64,000 nt of DNA. Origin: a virus. Positions 46,540 through 55,410 of this stretch are shown here, in pieces; position 1 is the stretch's first letter; every line of letters starts with the position of its first letter. The notes below the pieces were generated by a model. The model saw only the letters and a program-made list of their open reading frames with translations. It had not been told where the DNA came from and did not search any database. The stretch is taken from the IMG/VR virus record IMGVR_UViG_3300032163_000003, positions 32,001 through 96,000 of that record; one strand, written 5' to 3'. Made by a program: the position numbers and the translations under genes.

Positions 46540-47130
46540 ATCTTAATTTAACATACTCTTTTTATTAACCGAACTTTCTTAGCCATTTTAGTGCCTTTTG
46601 GCCAAGTGCCACTTGACTTAAAAATAATTTTTCCATACTTCAAATCATTATAACCAAACTTTTGTTCAGAAGAAGGTTTAAAAACGTCCAGAACTTGAAC
46701 TGACCAAATTTGCTCATCTTCTGTGTATAATTTAAAAATTTTTGCTGAACGAAGACTAGTAAAAAATGTTAAATAGTTTCCCATTTTTACTAGCCACTTC
46801 GGAGCGGTATTAAATCTATTTCGTCTATATCTTACTAGAGCTTTTCCTTCAACTATACAAGATTTTAAACCACCTTTCGGTCCTACTTTTACAACTTTGT
46901 ATCCTTTCATTATTCACCTCAAACCTGTTATTGTTACATTATCAGCTAAACCAACGTTATCAAATATTTCTGTGAGTGTTCCTTCAACAGTAATCAGTTT
47001 TCTTTCGTTATTTGGAAGTAGTTCACCTGTTAAAGTTTCAAGCAGTTCTATAACTTTGTCTTCATCTTTCTTGTTTTTTAAAGTCAGTTCTATAATATAC
47101 TTTCTAATCATTTTTCCTCCATAAAAAATT

Positions 47131-47218
47131 TGGTGCCCGAGACCGGACTCGAACCGGTATGGCGTTTAACGCCGAGGAGTTTTAAGCCCCTTGTGCAAAC
47201 CAATTCCACCACTCGGGC
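47131..47218 (-). tRNA. tRNA-Leu(TAA)
   Basis: AGGGG-CTTAAAA-CTCCT; variable arm; CCA. Confidence 0.9.
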
Positions 47219-47559
47219 ATATTTACTACCTACAGTCCCATATTCGATATTGATATTTTTTATCTTTCTTTTGAAGTTTCTGCGCTTCTAACATAGCATT
47301 TTCATATGTTCCCTCTACTTCTTTAATAAATGTCCACTCTTTGTCTTTTCCTTGTTTGCTGATCGGAAATTTTTTCATATTATTCTCCTTCAGTAGTTTT
47401 TCTACATGTCTAAAAGAAAGCAGAACACAATCCGGATCACAAGAAAACCCATCGCATTCTGTAACGTGTCCAACAAACTTATAATCCGGACATACTTTCT
47501 CTGCAAATTCAACAAATATTTTACATACTGGAGTTTCCATGATATTCTCCTTTTATTTT

Positions 47560-47637
<78 letters not shown>

Positions 47638-47792
47638 ATTTTATGCTTCAAACACATGTTTACATTCAGGACACGTTCGTTTTTCTTTTATCCCATTATC
47701 AACAGCTTTGAATTTATAACCGCATTTAGGACATTGCACCCTACTTATATCAAAACCATTCATTATTCTATCTCCTCTTCTTATAAAGTTAG

Positions 47793-47866
47793 TAGCAGTG
47801 GGTGGAGTCGAACCATCTACCTAAGCCTTATCAGGACTTTGCTCTAACCAGTTGAGCTACACTGCT
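47793..47866 (-). tRNA. tRNA-Ile(GAT)
   Basis: AAGTC-CTGATAA-GGCTT. Confidence 0.9.
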
Positions 47867-48399
47867 AATTTCCTTTCTTCTTTCGCCATCCTGTCATACA
47901 AAACTATATAAACTGCTGCTGACAAGTTCGTACAATGGATACTAGGAATAACTATAAATCTATGACAATGCCTCAAGAAAGTTTGCGGTATTCCCCCATC
48001 TTCAGGACCAAAAACATACACAGCATTTTTTGGATGCTCAAAGTGTACTAGATTTTCAGAATTTTCTCTTACTTCGACTGCTACAGGAACAATACCTTTT
48101 GGAAAACGATTGAAGGGATATTCGTCGCTAATGATTTGTATTTCCTTATAATCCTTCATTCTCTCTTCTCTTGGTAATCGATACTTTCCATTTTCTGTTT
48201 CTAAGTTTAATCTGTTCCCAGTAAAAATCACTGCCTTCGCACCAAAACAAGAACAAGCTCTTACTACATTTCCCAAGTTATGAATGTATTTTGGATTGTA
48301 GAGAATAATAGAGGGGGCTATATCTTCTTCAAATAGTTCACCTTCTTTTTTAACTTTAATCAAATCGCCGAACGTAAAATCTTGTAACGTTGCTTTCAT
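47857..48399 (-). CDS. SpoU/TrmH-family (SPOUT) RNA 2'-O-methyltransferase
   Basis: NLGNVVRAC, YVFGPEDGG, IPS...NLSAAVYIVLYD. Confidence 0.88.
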   Translation of the reverse strand: MKATLQDFTFGDLIKVKKEGELFEEDIAPSIILYNPKYIHNLGNVVRACSCFGAKAVIFTGNRLNLETENGKYRLPREERMKDYKEIQIISDEYPFNRFPKGIVPVAVEVRENSENLVHFEHPKNAVYVFGPEDGGIPQTFLRHCHRFIVIPSIHCTNLSAAVYIVLYDRMAKEERKLAV

Positions 48400-48410
48400 T
48401 ATTCACCCCA

Positions 48411-48842
48411 CTATTTATTAACAAGTATTATCGTTCCGCCATAGTCAATACAAACTTTATTTTCGTATATGAAAGAATCATCTTCATCTTTACTATTTCC
48501 AACAACATAATGATTCAGAACTTTTCTAAGATTATAATCTTCATCGGGTTTGTGAATCATCTTTTTTAACCAGTCTTTCTTTATAACTGAACTAAGTTTA
48601 TTAATTTCATGATCAACTTCGTCAGTTATAATTTCTATAAATTTTTTTCCTTTATCTATTAAGATATATTCGAATGACATAGTAGAAGATGATCGATCAG
48701 TACTACCAGAAATCCACATTACTTCTGGATCTTTTAAACATATTTCATTAATTAAGGTATCTTCTTTGCAATCTTTTGATGAGCAACATGGTTTGACTAA
48801 ACATGTTTTGCAAACTAAAGTCTTTTTCACTTTTTTCTCCAT
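48411..48842 (-). CDS. CxxC(I/L)(I/V)xxxC family protein
   Basis: VCKTCLVKPCCSSKDC. Confidence 0.6.
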   Translation of the reverse strand: MEKKVKKTLVCKTCLVKPCCSSKDCKEDTLINEICLKDPEVMWISGSTDRSSSTMSFEYILIDKGKKFIEIITDEVDHEINKLSSVIKKDWLKKMIHKPDEDYNLRKVLNHYVVGNSKDEDDSFIYENKVCIDYGGTIILVNK

Positions 48843-48848
48843 TCTTGT

Positions 48849-48924
48849 TGGAGCGGGTAACGAGATTTGAACTCGTAAGCAACCAGTTTGGAAAACTGGC
48901 GTTCTACCATTGAACTATACCCGC
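48849..48924 (-). tRNA. tRNA-Gly(TCC)
   Basis: CCAGT-TTTCCAA-ACTGG; U73; CCA. Confidence 0.9.
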
Positions 48925-48935
48925 TTTAGTTTGTC

Positions 48936-49022
48936 TGGCGGAGGGTGCAAGACTCGAACTCGCAAGTCTGTTACAACGGTGGGGTTCAGACCCACTCCCT
49001 TACCAATTAGGGTTAACCCTCC
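48936..49022 (-). tRNA. tRNA-Ser(TGA), C33 variant
   Basis: GTGGG-TCTGAAC-CCCAC; long variable region; G73; CCA. Confidence 0.8.
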
Positions 49023-49729
49023 TCATATAATTTAATAAAATCTTTTCCATATGTGTCTATTACATACGAAAATATATTTTTCATTTCTTCTTTCATTAAT
49101 ACTACTAATTTTCCTGGAAATTGTTTAATCTTTTCGTTAGTTTGCTCACATAGAAATGATTTTACTTCTATATAGGTATCATCAGGATATTTATAGTCTG
49201 GAACATATTTATAAACTTTTCCGTTCCAAAAGTAATCAAACTTTTTAGAATTTCTTTTAAACTGAATTTTGTTATCTAAATGATAGATAACAAAAGCCAA
49301 TTCCCAAGATGAGTCACACCAGAATCCTTTGTACCAGCCTTTCTTCCCGATTCCAGATCCTTGTCTGTATCCTCCATTATTAGATATTAAAGCTTTCTCT
49401 TTTATTTTTCTTCTTCGCTCTTTCTCTTTCTCTTCAGTTTTGGCCATTCCAGTAAGATGTAAACTAGAGATTGACTTAGAAAGTTTCTTTTTAACTTCTA
49501 TACTTCTTTCTTTTCCAAATATCTCCTCGTAATTTTTTCCTTTAAGTGGAGACAATTTTCCTAACCATGGTTTTGGATGCCCATTTTTCCACTTTGGACA
49601 TTTTCCTTTTTTCTTTAAACTATCAAGTCTTCGTTTTTCTGGACATTTATTCATACTATTAGAACAGCACCACTTTCCGTTCTTAAACTGATATTTTGCT
49701 TCTTTTTTACAACCATATAAACATAACAT
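49013..49729 (-). CDS. Putative homing endonuclease: CxYGC module plus PD-(D/E)XK nuclease; ends inside tRNA-Ser
   Basis: MLCLYGCKKEAKYQFKNGKWCCS; DSSWE...YVPDY...YIEVK. Confidence 0.8.
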   Translation of the reverse strand: MLCLYGCKKEAKYQFKNGKWCCSNSMNKCPEKRRLDSLKKKGKCPKWKNGHPKPWLGKLSPLKGKNYEEIFGKERSIEVKKKLSKSISSLHLTGMAKTEEKEKERRRKIKEKALISNNGGYRQGSGIGKKGWYKGFWCDSSWELAFVIYHLDNKIQFKRNSKKFDYFWNGKVYKYVPDYKYPDDTYIEVKSFLCEQTNEKIKQFPGKLVVLMKEEMKNIFSYVIDTYGKDFIKLYEEG

Positions 49730-49730
49730 A

Positions 49731-49768
49731 TTTTGATCTCCTATTTATTTGTTCTAAGAAGATCAAAA
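49731..49768 (-). promoter_or_regulatory. RBS-sequestering hairpin with candidate late promoter in its loop
   Basis: TTTTGATCTTCT pairs with AGGAGATCAAAA; loop TAGAACAAATAAAT. Confidence 0.6.
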
Positions 49769-49801
49769 CTTGCGCCATAAACCAGACTCGGCCAACTCTC
49801 C
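49763..49801 (-). pseudogene. Orphan 5' half of tRNA-Ser(TGA)
   Basis: GGAGAGT TG GCCG AGTCTGGTTTA TGGC G CAAGT TT TGA, with no matching 3' half. Confidence 0.75.
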
Positions 49802-49809
49802 GTTTTCTT

Positions 49810-50127
49810 TTAAGAACTTATAGCTCCTGGTTGTCCTTCTACTGCAGGACCTACAGGTTCATATAAATACCAACCAATTAAAATTATCGGAACAACTACT
49901 GTTTCAAAAAGAATTACACTCCAGATTATGTTTCCAACAATAACTCTGTACTCGACTTTTGGATTTCTTTTGTCTATATTAAAAAGACCGTATTGCTGAA
50001 ACTTATATGTTTTTACAATCTCTTCTTCTCCTTCTTTAACCTTAACCGAAATATTCCTATCAAATCCACAAGAAATCGTAGCAAGTAAAAACACTACCAT
50101 TATTAAACAACAAATAATCTTTTTCAT
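49810..50127 (-). CDS. Putative lipoprotein/membrane protein
   Basis: Signal peptide with TISCG lipobox-like motif; C-terminal hydrophobic segment. Confidence 0.65.
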   Translation of the reverse strand: MKKIICCLIMVVFLLATISCGFDRNISVKVKEGEEEIVKTYKFQQYGLFNIDKRNPKVEYRVIVGNIIWSVILFETVVVPIILIGWYLYEPVGPAVEGQPGAISS

Positions 50128-50464
50128 AATTCTCCTTTCAGATCTTCATCTAAAATTTTGCTTCTTGTTTTATATCCATACTCGCAAAGCATATTTATTC
50201 TACTTTCCATACTTTAACTGAGAAGTTATCGTGAGGATAATTGTGCCATTCTCTCCAGTCGTTTGAACTAAGATTTTTGATCATTCTCTCATACATTTCA
50301 GAAGAAGAATGTTCTTCTTTACAAAAATCAACCATTCTTTTCCATTCAGAAACTAAACGATCTCTCTCTTCTAGAATAGCTTTTTCAGCTTTTTCTTGCG
50401 ACGACAAAATTCTTACTACGTGTCCACTCTCACAGTCATATTCTTGAATAATCCAAACTTCCAT

Positions 50465-50896
50465 TTAGTTTCTCCTCAGTTCTTCTCTTACTTTCATCAA
50501 AATTTTTCCTAAATTATTCTCTCCTTTTCCTGTTCTTAAGTCTATTCCCCAATATGTATCATTCCAATAGTTTCCTTCTTGGAGAATAGAATCTCCAGTG
50601 TTTAGAAGCATCTGTTTTAGAACTAGGTTGTTCATAAACTTCTTACGAACTAATTCGTACATAATCCCATACTTTATCTCGTTCCATCCGTTTCTTAGTT
50701 TTACTTTCTTTCCTAGTCTTTTTGTGTCACCTGGAGTTTCACAAACTAGAATTTGTTGTCTATAATTCTTGTCAAGAGATTTTGCTGCTTGATATGCGTG
50801 TTCCAAAGTTTTATATACAACCTCGTCATAGCTTACCAAAGAAGGATAGAAGTTTGAAAGGAACCTAAACTCTTTCTGAAACTCTTTTACTATCAT
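50465..50896 (-). CDS. NADAR-family protein
   Basis: FLSNFY, TLEHAYQAAK, LLNTG, DTYWG, GENNLGKILMKVR. Confidence 0.92.
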   Translation of the reverse strand: MIVKEFQKEFRFLSNFYPSLVSYDEVVYKTLEHAYQAAKSLDKNYRQQILVCETPGDTKRLGKKVKLRNGWNEIKYGIMYELVRKKFMNNLVLKQMLLNTGDSILQEGNYWNDTYWGIDLRTGKGENNLGKILMKVREELRRN

Positions 50897-51867
50897 TATT
50901 TCTCCTTTAACAAATACTTATTCGAAAGCCTCTTCAACCACTTTCTTCCCACATAGTTGTCTAACTGTTCCTTCTCAGACCTAATCACAATGCCTTCTCG
51001 AATGTGACAGCCGTTCCCAAGAACAGTTAATCCATCTGCTAGTTCTTCAATTACTTTTAATGAAAAAGGTCCTCTATATAGAACCGGAGGTGTCTTGAAA
51101 TCTAGTTCCTTACAAATAGACTCTACCTCATCCCAGTCAAGAAACTTTCCATTTACCTGAATATCGAAAACTATGAAGTTCTGGTTAGTAAGACCATATG
51201 TAAGATTCTGTACTGACTTTCCGTAAATCTCTGCGTATGGGATTGCGTCTTCCGAACGCCATTTATTTAGAACTTTGTCTTCTAATCCATACTTTGTAGC
51301 TATTAAAGAATATATGCTTCCACCCGGATGTTTCTTGATATTGAAATGACTTCCAACGTAAAAAACATTTTCGACAACACCAAATCTAAAGTTGGTTCCA
51401 TGAATCTTTTCTGTTATGAAAACCTCTTCTCCAACCTTGAAAACGTCTGGAAAGTTTTGAATTCTTTCAATGTCTGTCTTGTATGAAAATCCAGCTACGT
51501 TAGGAGCATTATCTCCACCAAAACTAACTGGATCTGGTGGTTCGTATTTTTTAACTCCTAATTCTTCTGTGACATCTTGTCCTTCTATCCAACCTTCCTT
51601 AGATGGAACTAGAAGACCCTGACTAAGAATCTTTCTTAGTTTAATAGTTTTGATTCTAAAGTGTCTATCTCTCAAAAACTCCCATTCAGAAGTTTCAGGA
51701 AGGATAGAATCAATTGGTATATAAGCGCCCAAACTTTTTCCTTCGAAGTCAGTTGTTTTTACTACACACTGCCATTGTGTTTCACCTACAGTTGCTATAG
51801 ATAGGGTATCAGCGTTTGGATGCTTTTCAAGTTTGAAAGAAACAACTTTAACTGAAAATTGACTCAT
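50896..51867 (-). CDS. RNA ligase, DRB0094 family
   Basis: HPNADTL N-terminus, LSQGL, TEKIHGTN, YAEIYG, FDI, REGIVIR. Confidence 0.88.
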   Translation of the reverse strand: MSQFSVKVVSFKLEKHPNADTLSIATVGETQWQCVVKTTDFEGKSLGAYIPIDSILPETSEWEFLRDRHFRIKTIKLRKILSQGLLVPSKEGWIEGQDVTEELGVKKYEPPDPVSFGGDNAPNVAGFSYKTDIERIQNFPDVFKVGEEVFITEKIHGTNFRFGVVENVFYVGSHFNIKKHPGGSIYSLIATKYGLEDKVLNKWRSEDAIPYAEIYGKSVQNLTYGLTNQNFIVFDIQVNGKFLDWDEVESICKELDFKTPPVLYRGPFSLKVIEELADGLTVLGNGCHIREGIVIRSEKEQLDNYVGRKWLKRLSNKYLLKEK

Positions 51868-52366
51868 TGATTTTTTCCTCCTTTTTACTTCCCGAATCTA
51901 GTCTCATTCTGTGACATTTAGCGCAAGTAGTTATCCAATTTGATTGTTCCATCAAAGTATAATCTTTTGCGATAGATGTACAATGCATTGATAAAGACTG
52001 TTGTGTGTCTTGAATTTCTTCTTCATTTATTTTTCCACATAATTCACAGTTTTGTTTCCCAAACAACTCTTTAGCTTTGTCATGCTAGTAAAGACTACAT
52101 CCTCCTTTCCATGACGAATGACTTTCTCCATATTTTCCAAATAAATAGTTATTTTTTCCAGAATTAGATAGATTTTTTCTTCCAAGTTTTAATTCTCTAA
52201 TCCTTCTTCTAACTTCTAATCTTTTAGTTGGGTTATTTTCCCCAGAAAAAGCTTTCCTTCTTTCTGAACATTTTTTGTAATGATCTGAACAGCATAACCT
52301 TCCATTCTTAAATTGATATTTTGCTTCTTGTCCACAACCATAATCACACAATCTCATTAAAGTCAC
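51848..52366 (-). pseudogene. CxYGCG-module HNH-like endonuclease interrupted by one in-frame TAG
   Basis: ORFs 52085..52366 and 51848..52066 are in the same frame: GCSLY*HDKAKELFGKQNCELCG...MHC...NWITTCAKCH. Confidence 0.7.
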
Positions 52367-52368
52367 CT

Positions 52369-52848
52369 TTACATAAAACTTTCTACCATCGATGGTCTAT
52401 TACTTTTTAAATAATGAGCGATGAGTTTTCCAATTTCCTTCGCTTCAGCTTCAACATATCCGTCTTTTATTAAATCTTGTTGAAATCTCAATACCGTCAG
52501 ATATAAAGCATCTTGACTAATCCACTCTCTTCCAAGACTAGCTAAGAACATTTGAAAGATTTTTGGAATTACTACGCCCTTATGCTTCCATTCAATCTCT
52601 CTTCTCTTTTGTACGTCTTTTCTCCAGCTGTTTAGATTCATACAACATCCTTCTTCAGCATAGAGTTCCTTTCGATAGATCTCTCCAAGATTTCCTGGAA
52701 GTTGCATGAGCATACATATATATCTTTTTCTATCTTCGTTCCATTCTAAAGCCGGACAAACTTCAGCTGAAGTATAAAGTCTAACTGCTGCTCCGCATTT
52801 AGCTTTGAAGCAGCAGAATCCACATCCAATACATTCATCTATTTTCAT
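52369..52848 (-). CDS. Cys-cluster (YkgJ-like, possible Fe-S) protein
   Basis: CIGCGFCC...C...CPAL...C...GCC. Confidence 0.55.
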   Translation of the reverse strand: MKIDECIGCGFCCFKAKCGAAVRLYTSAEVCPALEWNEDRKRYICMLMQLPGNLGEIYRKELYAEEGCCMNLNSWRKDVQKRREIEWKHKGVVIPKIFQMFLASLGREWISQDALYLTVLRFQQDLIKDGYVEAEAKEIGKLIAHYLKSNRPSMVESFM

Positions 52849-53060
52849 TTTTTACCTACGACTTTCTCAACCCAGTCCAAGTGTCCGGTCCCATTACATT
52901 TTTCACAAAACACCTCTGCTTTCCAAGAAATGTACCCAGAAAATCCAACAATATCAAAATCATGTTTTGTGTATCTTCCTTTTCCTTTACATCTTGGGCA
53001 GTTGTACTTGGGTTCTCCAATAAGAACATCGCACAACCAGAAAATTATTCTCTCTAACAT
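52845..53060 (-). CDS. DnaJ-type zinc-finger family protein
   Basis: CPRCKGKG...CEKCNGTGHLDW. Confidence 0.7.
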   Translation of the reverse strand: MLERIIFWLCDVLIGEPKYNCPRCKGKGRYTKHDFDIVGFSGYISWKAEVFCEKCNGTGHLDWVEKVVGKK

Positions 53061-53083
53061 TTTCTCCCCCCTTAGTAATTTTT

Positions 53084-53158
53084 TGGAGCCACCAGAAGGA
53101 TTCGAACCCTCGAAAGTTGATTACAGGTCAACCATTTTTCCATCTAAATTATAGTGGC
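53084..53158 (-). tRNA. tRNA-Thr(TGT), C33 variant with weak D arm
   Basis: GTTGA-CCTGTAA-TCAAC; GCCACTA/TGGTGGC acceptor; CCA. Confidence 0.78.
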
Positions 53159-53753
53159 TAAACTTTTCTAAGAATTCTTTTTCATATTTTTCTACTTTTT
53201 CAATTATTACTTCTTTAAACTTACAATGTATATACTTATGATGAGTTGGACAAAGAGGAATCAAATTTTCCGGATTTATATTTTGTTTATTTTCGTCTAA
53301 GTGATGAACATCAACAATAAGATTCTCTTCACATATTATGCATTTTTTTTCATGAAATTGAAAGCAAACTTCTCTATACTTATACTTTCCATTATCCTCT
53401 TCATAGTTTTTGTTGAAAAACCTCCTGGCGCATCTATTAGAACATGTTTCAGTTAAAGTATAATATTTTATAGGTTTTTCACAAATTGGGCAAAGTTTTA
53501 AATTTTTAGGGTTTAAGTAGCATGTTTCAGAATGTTTACTAATATTGGATGAAGTTTTTTCTTTTTTACAAAATTCACACGGAACTTTTTTATATTGTCC
53601 ATTGCTTTTAGTCCCATTCTTATACATTTGAAACTGACGTTCTGAATTCTTTTTTCTTAAAGATGGACATCGTTGATAAATTTCATTACAACACATCTTT
53701 CCACTTTTTAGTTGATAAATCCCTTCTCTTCCACACCCATATTGACATAACAT
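53121..53753 (-). CDS. HNH homing endonuclease with CxYGCG module; stop codon in the tRNA-Thr anticodon loop
   Basis: MLCQYGCGRE; CIIC...VDVHHLD...NLIPLCPTHH. Confidence 0.85.
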   Translation of the reverse strand: MLCQYGCGREGIYQLKSGKMCCNEIYQRCPSLRKKNSERQFQMYKNGTKSNGQYKKVPCEFCKKEKTSSNISKHSETCYLNPKNLKLCPICEKPIKYYTLTETCSNRCARRFFNKNYEEDNGKYKYREVCFQFHEKKCIICEENLIVDVHHLDENKQNINPENLIPLCPTHHKYIHCKFKEVIIEKVEKYEKEFLEKFSHYNLDGKMVDL

Positions 53754-53779
53754 GGTGTATTCCTCTCTATTTAGATCTT

Positions 53780-53791
53780 TATTATATGTTC
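53780..53791 (-). promoter_or_regulatory. Candidate late promoter upstream of HEG
   Basis: GAACATATAATA. Confidence 0.45.
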
Positions 53792-53832
53792 TAACTTAAG
53801 GAGAAATTGGTAGAGTGCCAGATCTTCAACTC

Positions 53833-53869
53833 TACCAATCAACCGTTCCTATCATTAGACAATTCGGGC
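53833..53869 (-). pseudogene. Orphan 5' half of a tRNA-Thr(GGT)-like gene
   Basis: GCCCGAA TT GTCT AATGATAGGAACG GTTGA TT GGT A; same GTTGA stem as the downstream tRNA-Thr. Confidence 0.55.
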
Positions 53870-54125
53870 TTTTATCTTTTAATTCTTTCAGAAGCATCCA
53901 ACACTTCTGACAATTCTTTTCCGATTAAGTCACTCGAACTTTTATCTTTTACTTCTGCTAGAGGTTTTGCGCACCAAGGACAAAACTTAAAAACTTTTCC
54001 TGTGTACTTTGTTCCCCAAGAATGAATAGTTGGAGACACCATTACTTGAGCTGATATTATCTGGGGCATTCCAATTTTAAAATCTTTACAATCACATTCC
54101 ATACCCACAGTTTTCTCCTTTTAGA

Positions 54126-54193
54126 AAAGGGTGGGGAGATTTTACTCCCATCTTCTCATCTACCAGATGAGGCTTTAATTAAGCTACACCCTT
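54126..54193 (-). ncRNA. Non-canonical tRNA-like cloverleaf (anticodon position GGT)
   Basis: All four stems pair, but the D loop lacks GG, the T loop lacks TTC and there is no CCA. Confidence 0.55.
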
Positions 54194-54195
54194 GT

Positions 54196-54271
54196 TGGTC
54201 GGGGTGGCAGGACTTGAACCTGCGACATCTCGGTCCCAGGCCGAGGACTCTACCAACTGAGCTACACCCCG
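54196..54271 (-). tRNA. tRNA-Pro(TGG), C33 variant
   Basis: CTCGG-CCTGGGA-CCGAG; C1:G72; CCA. Confidence 0.88.
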
Positions 54272-54276
54272 ATAGT

Positions 54277-54744
54277 TTAACAAATCTTAAATCCACCACA
54301 ATCCAAAAGAAAGTTTCGAAACTCCTTTACATTTTCCTCGCTGAATGGATATTCAACATCGAGAGCCTCCCTTTTCCCTTTTCCTTTACACCCGTTACAT
54401 TCCATATCTCCTGGACCAATATTTGGTGGGGGTTGTCTCTTTCCTGTACCTCCACAAACAGTACAATCTTCTAGAGGAATCTCCTCTAACATTTTGATAT
54501 ACTCTACCTCATACTTTTTCACTTCACCTGAATCTAAAAGTTCTGTGAGTCTTTTACTCAGTGCGAGAGACCTAGTGCAATTTAGACCCCACCCATCATT
54601 ACTATGTCCACCGTTGTCTTTTGAAATTAAGTCTGGTGCTGCTTGTACACAATAGTTCCATAAAGGTCTCCACCACCAAACATTGTTTCTAAAATATTCT
54701 CCAGTCTTAGATTTTGGTTTTCTTCCGTAAACATCCATTCCCAT
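54277..54744 (-). CDS. Conserved phage hypothetical protein with inserted CxxCxGxG pair
   Basis: MGMDVYG..YFRNNVWWWRPLW; CTVCGGTG..CNGCKGKG. Confidence 0.65.
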   Translation of the reverse strand: MGMDVYGRKPKSKTGEYFRNNVWWWRPLWNYCVQAAPDLISKDNGGHSNDGWGLNCTRSLALSKRLTELLDSGEVKKYEVEYIKMLEEIPLEDCTVCGGTGKRQPPPNIGPGDMECNGCKGKGKREALDVEYPFSEENVKEFRNFLLDCGGFKIC

Positions 54745-55193
54745 TATTCATCATCCTCTTTTCTATCAGTTAAAAGTTCAAAAGATTTGGCGTTCTCCAA
54801 CGAAGAAGGGTATGAACCACCAAGACGCCTAAAAAATATCTGCTCTCCTTTGATGTTATATTGATACTCTGCCCAATCTCCGTAATGTTCTATATCACCA
54901 ATTTCATAATCATCTGAGCAAATTATATTACCTCTTCTAGTACCATTTTTAATTTCTTGTTCTGTCAATGAATGTTTTTTAGTTAATTCTTCTACACGTT
55001 CTTTATTTAATTCTTCCCTAATGGTTTTGTCTGCGAAATCGATTGAATGTTTCTTAGCAACAACAATGATACTTTTCAGACTTTTGTCACATTCAAGAAG
55101 ATCTATTCCTAACGAGCCAGGATATCCATCCCAGTGGGTAGCAATCATTAGTTTATCATCTATTGAAATTATTGCTCTTGTTCCAATATCCAC
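54744..55193 (-). CDS. Conserved phage hypothetical protein
   Basis: GTRA...HWDGYP..LG motif. Confidence 0.6.
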   Translation of the reverse strand: MDIGTRAIISIDDKLMIATHWDGYPGSLGIDLLECDKSLKSIIVVAKKHSIDFADKTIREELNKERVEELTKKHSLTEQEIKNGTRRGNIICSDDYEIGDIEHYGDWAEYQYNIKGEQIFFRRLGGSYPSSLENAKSFELLTDRKEDDE

Positions 55194-55405
55194 GGAATTC
55201 CTTTCTTCTCAAACTCTCTAATATTCTTGACTCGACTTTCAATAATATCATAAGAAAATCTAGCTCCAAAAATTTTTTGAATCCAGTCAAGACTTCCTAC
55301 ACCCCAACAAGTTTGACAAAGGATTCCCATTGGTTTGTTTTCATAACTTTTCAATAAGAATCCTTTGCCATTACATCTTTCACAAATTTGCTCGTAGATT
55401 TCCAT
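55169..55405 (-). CDS. DnaJ-type zinc-finger family protein
   Basis: MEIYEQICERCNGKG...CQTCWGVGSLDW. Confidence 0.7.
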   Translation of the reverse strand: MEIYEQICERCNGKGFLLKSYENKPMGILCQTCWGVGSLDWIQKIFGARFSYDIIESRVKNIREFEKKGIPWILEQEQ

Positions 55406-55410
55406 TATAT

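Noticed and set aside
48936-49801. HEG as a group I or spliced intron within one tRNA-Ser
   Set aside because: There is no room for a ribozyme core, and the orphan stem CAAGT cannot pair with downstream CCCAC; the downstream tRNA is complete on its own
54277-54744. Member of the DW zinc-finger family
   Set aside because: Has the CxxCxGxG pair but lacks the DW helix and sits within a different conserved protein
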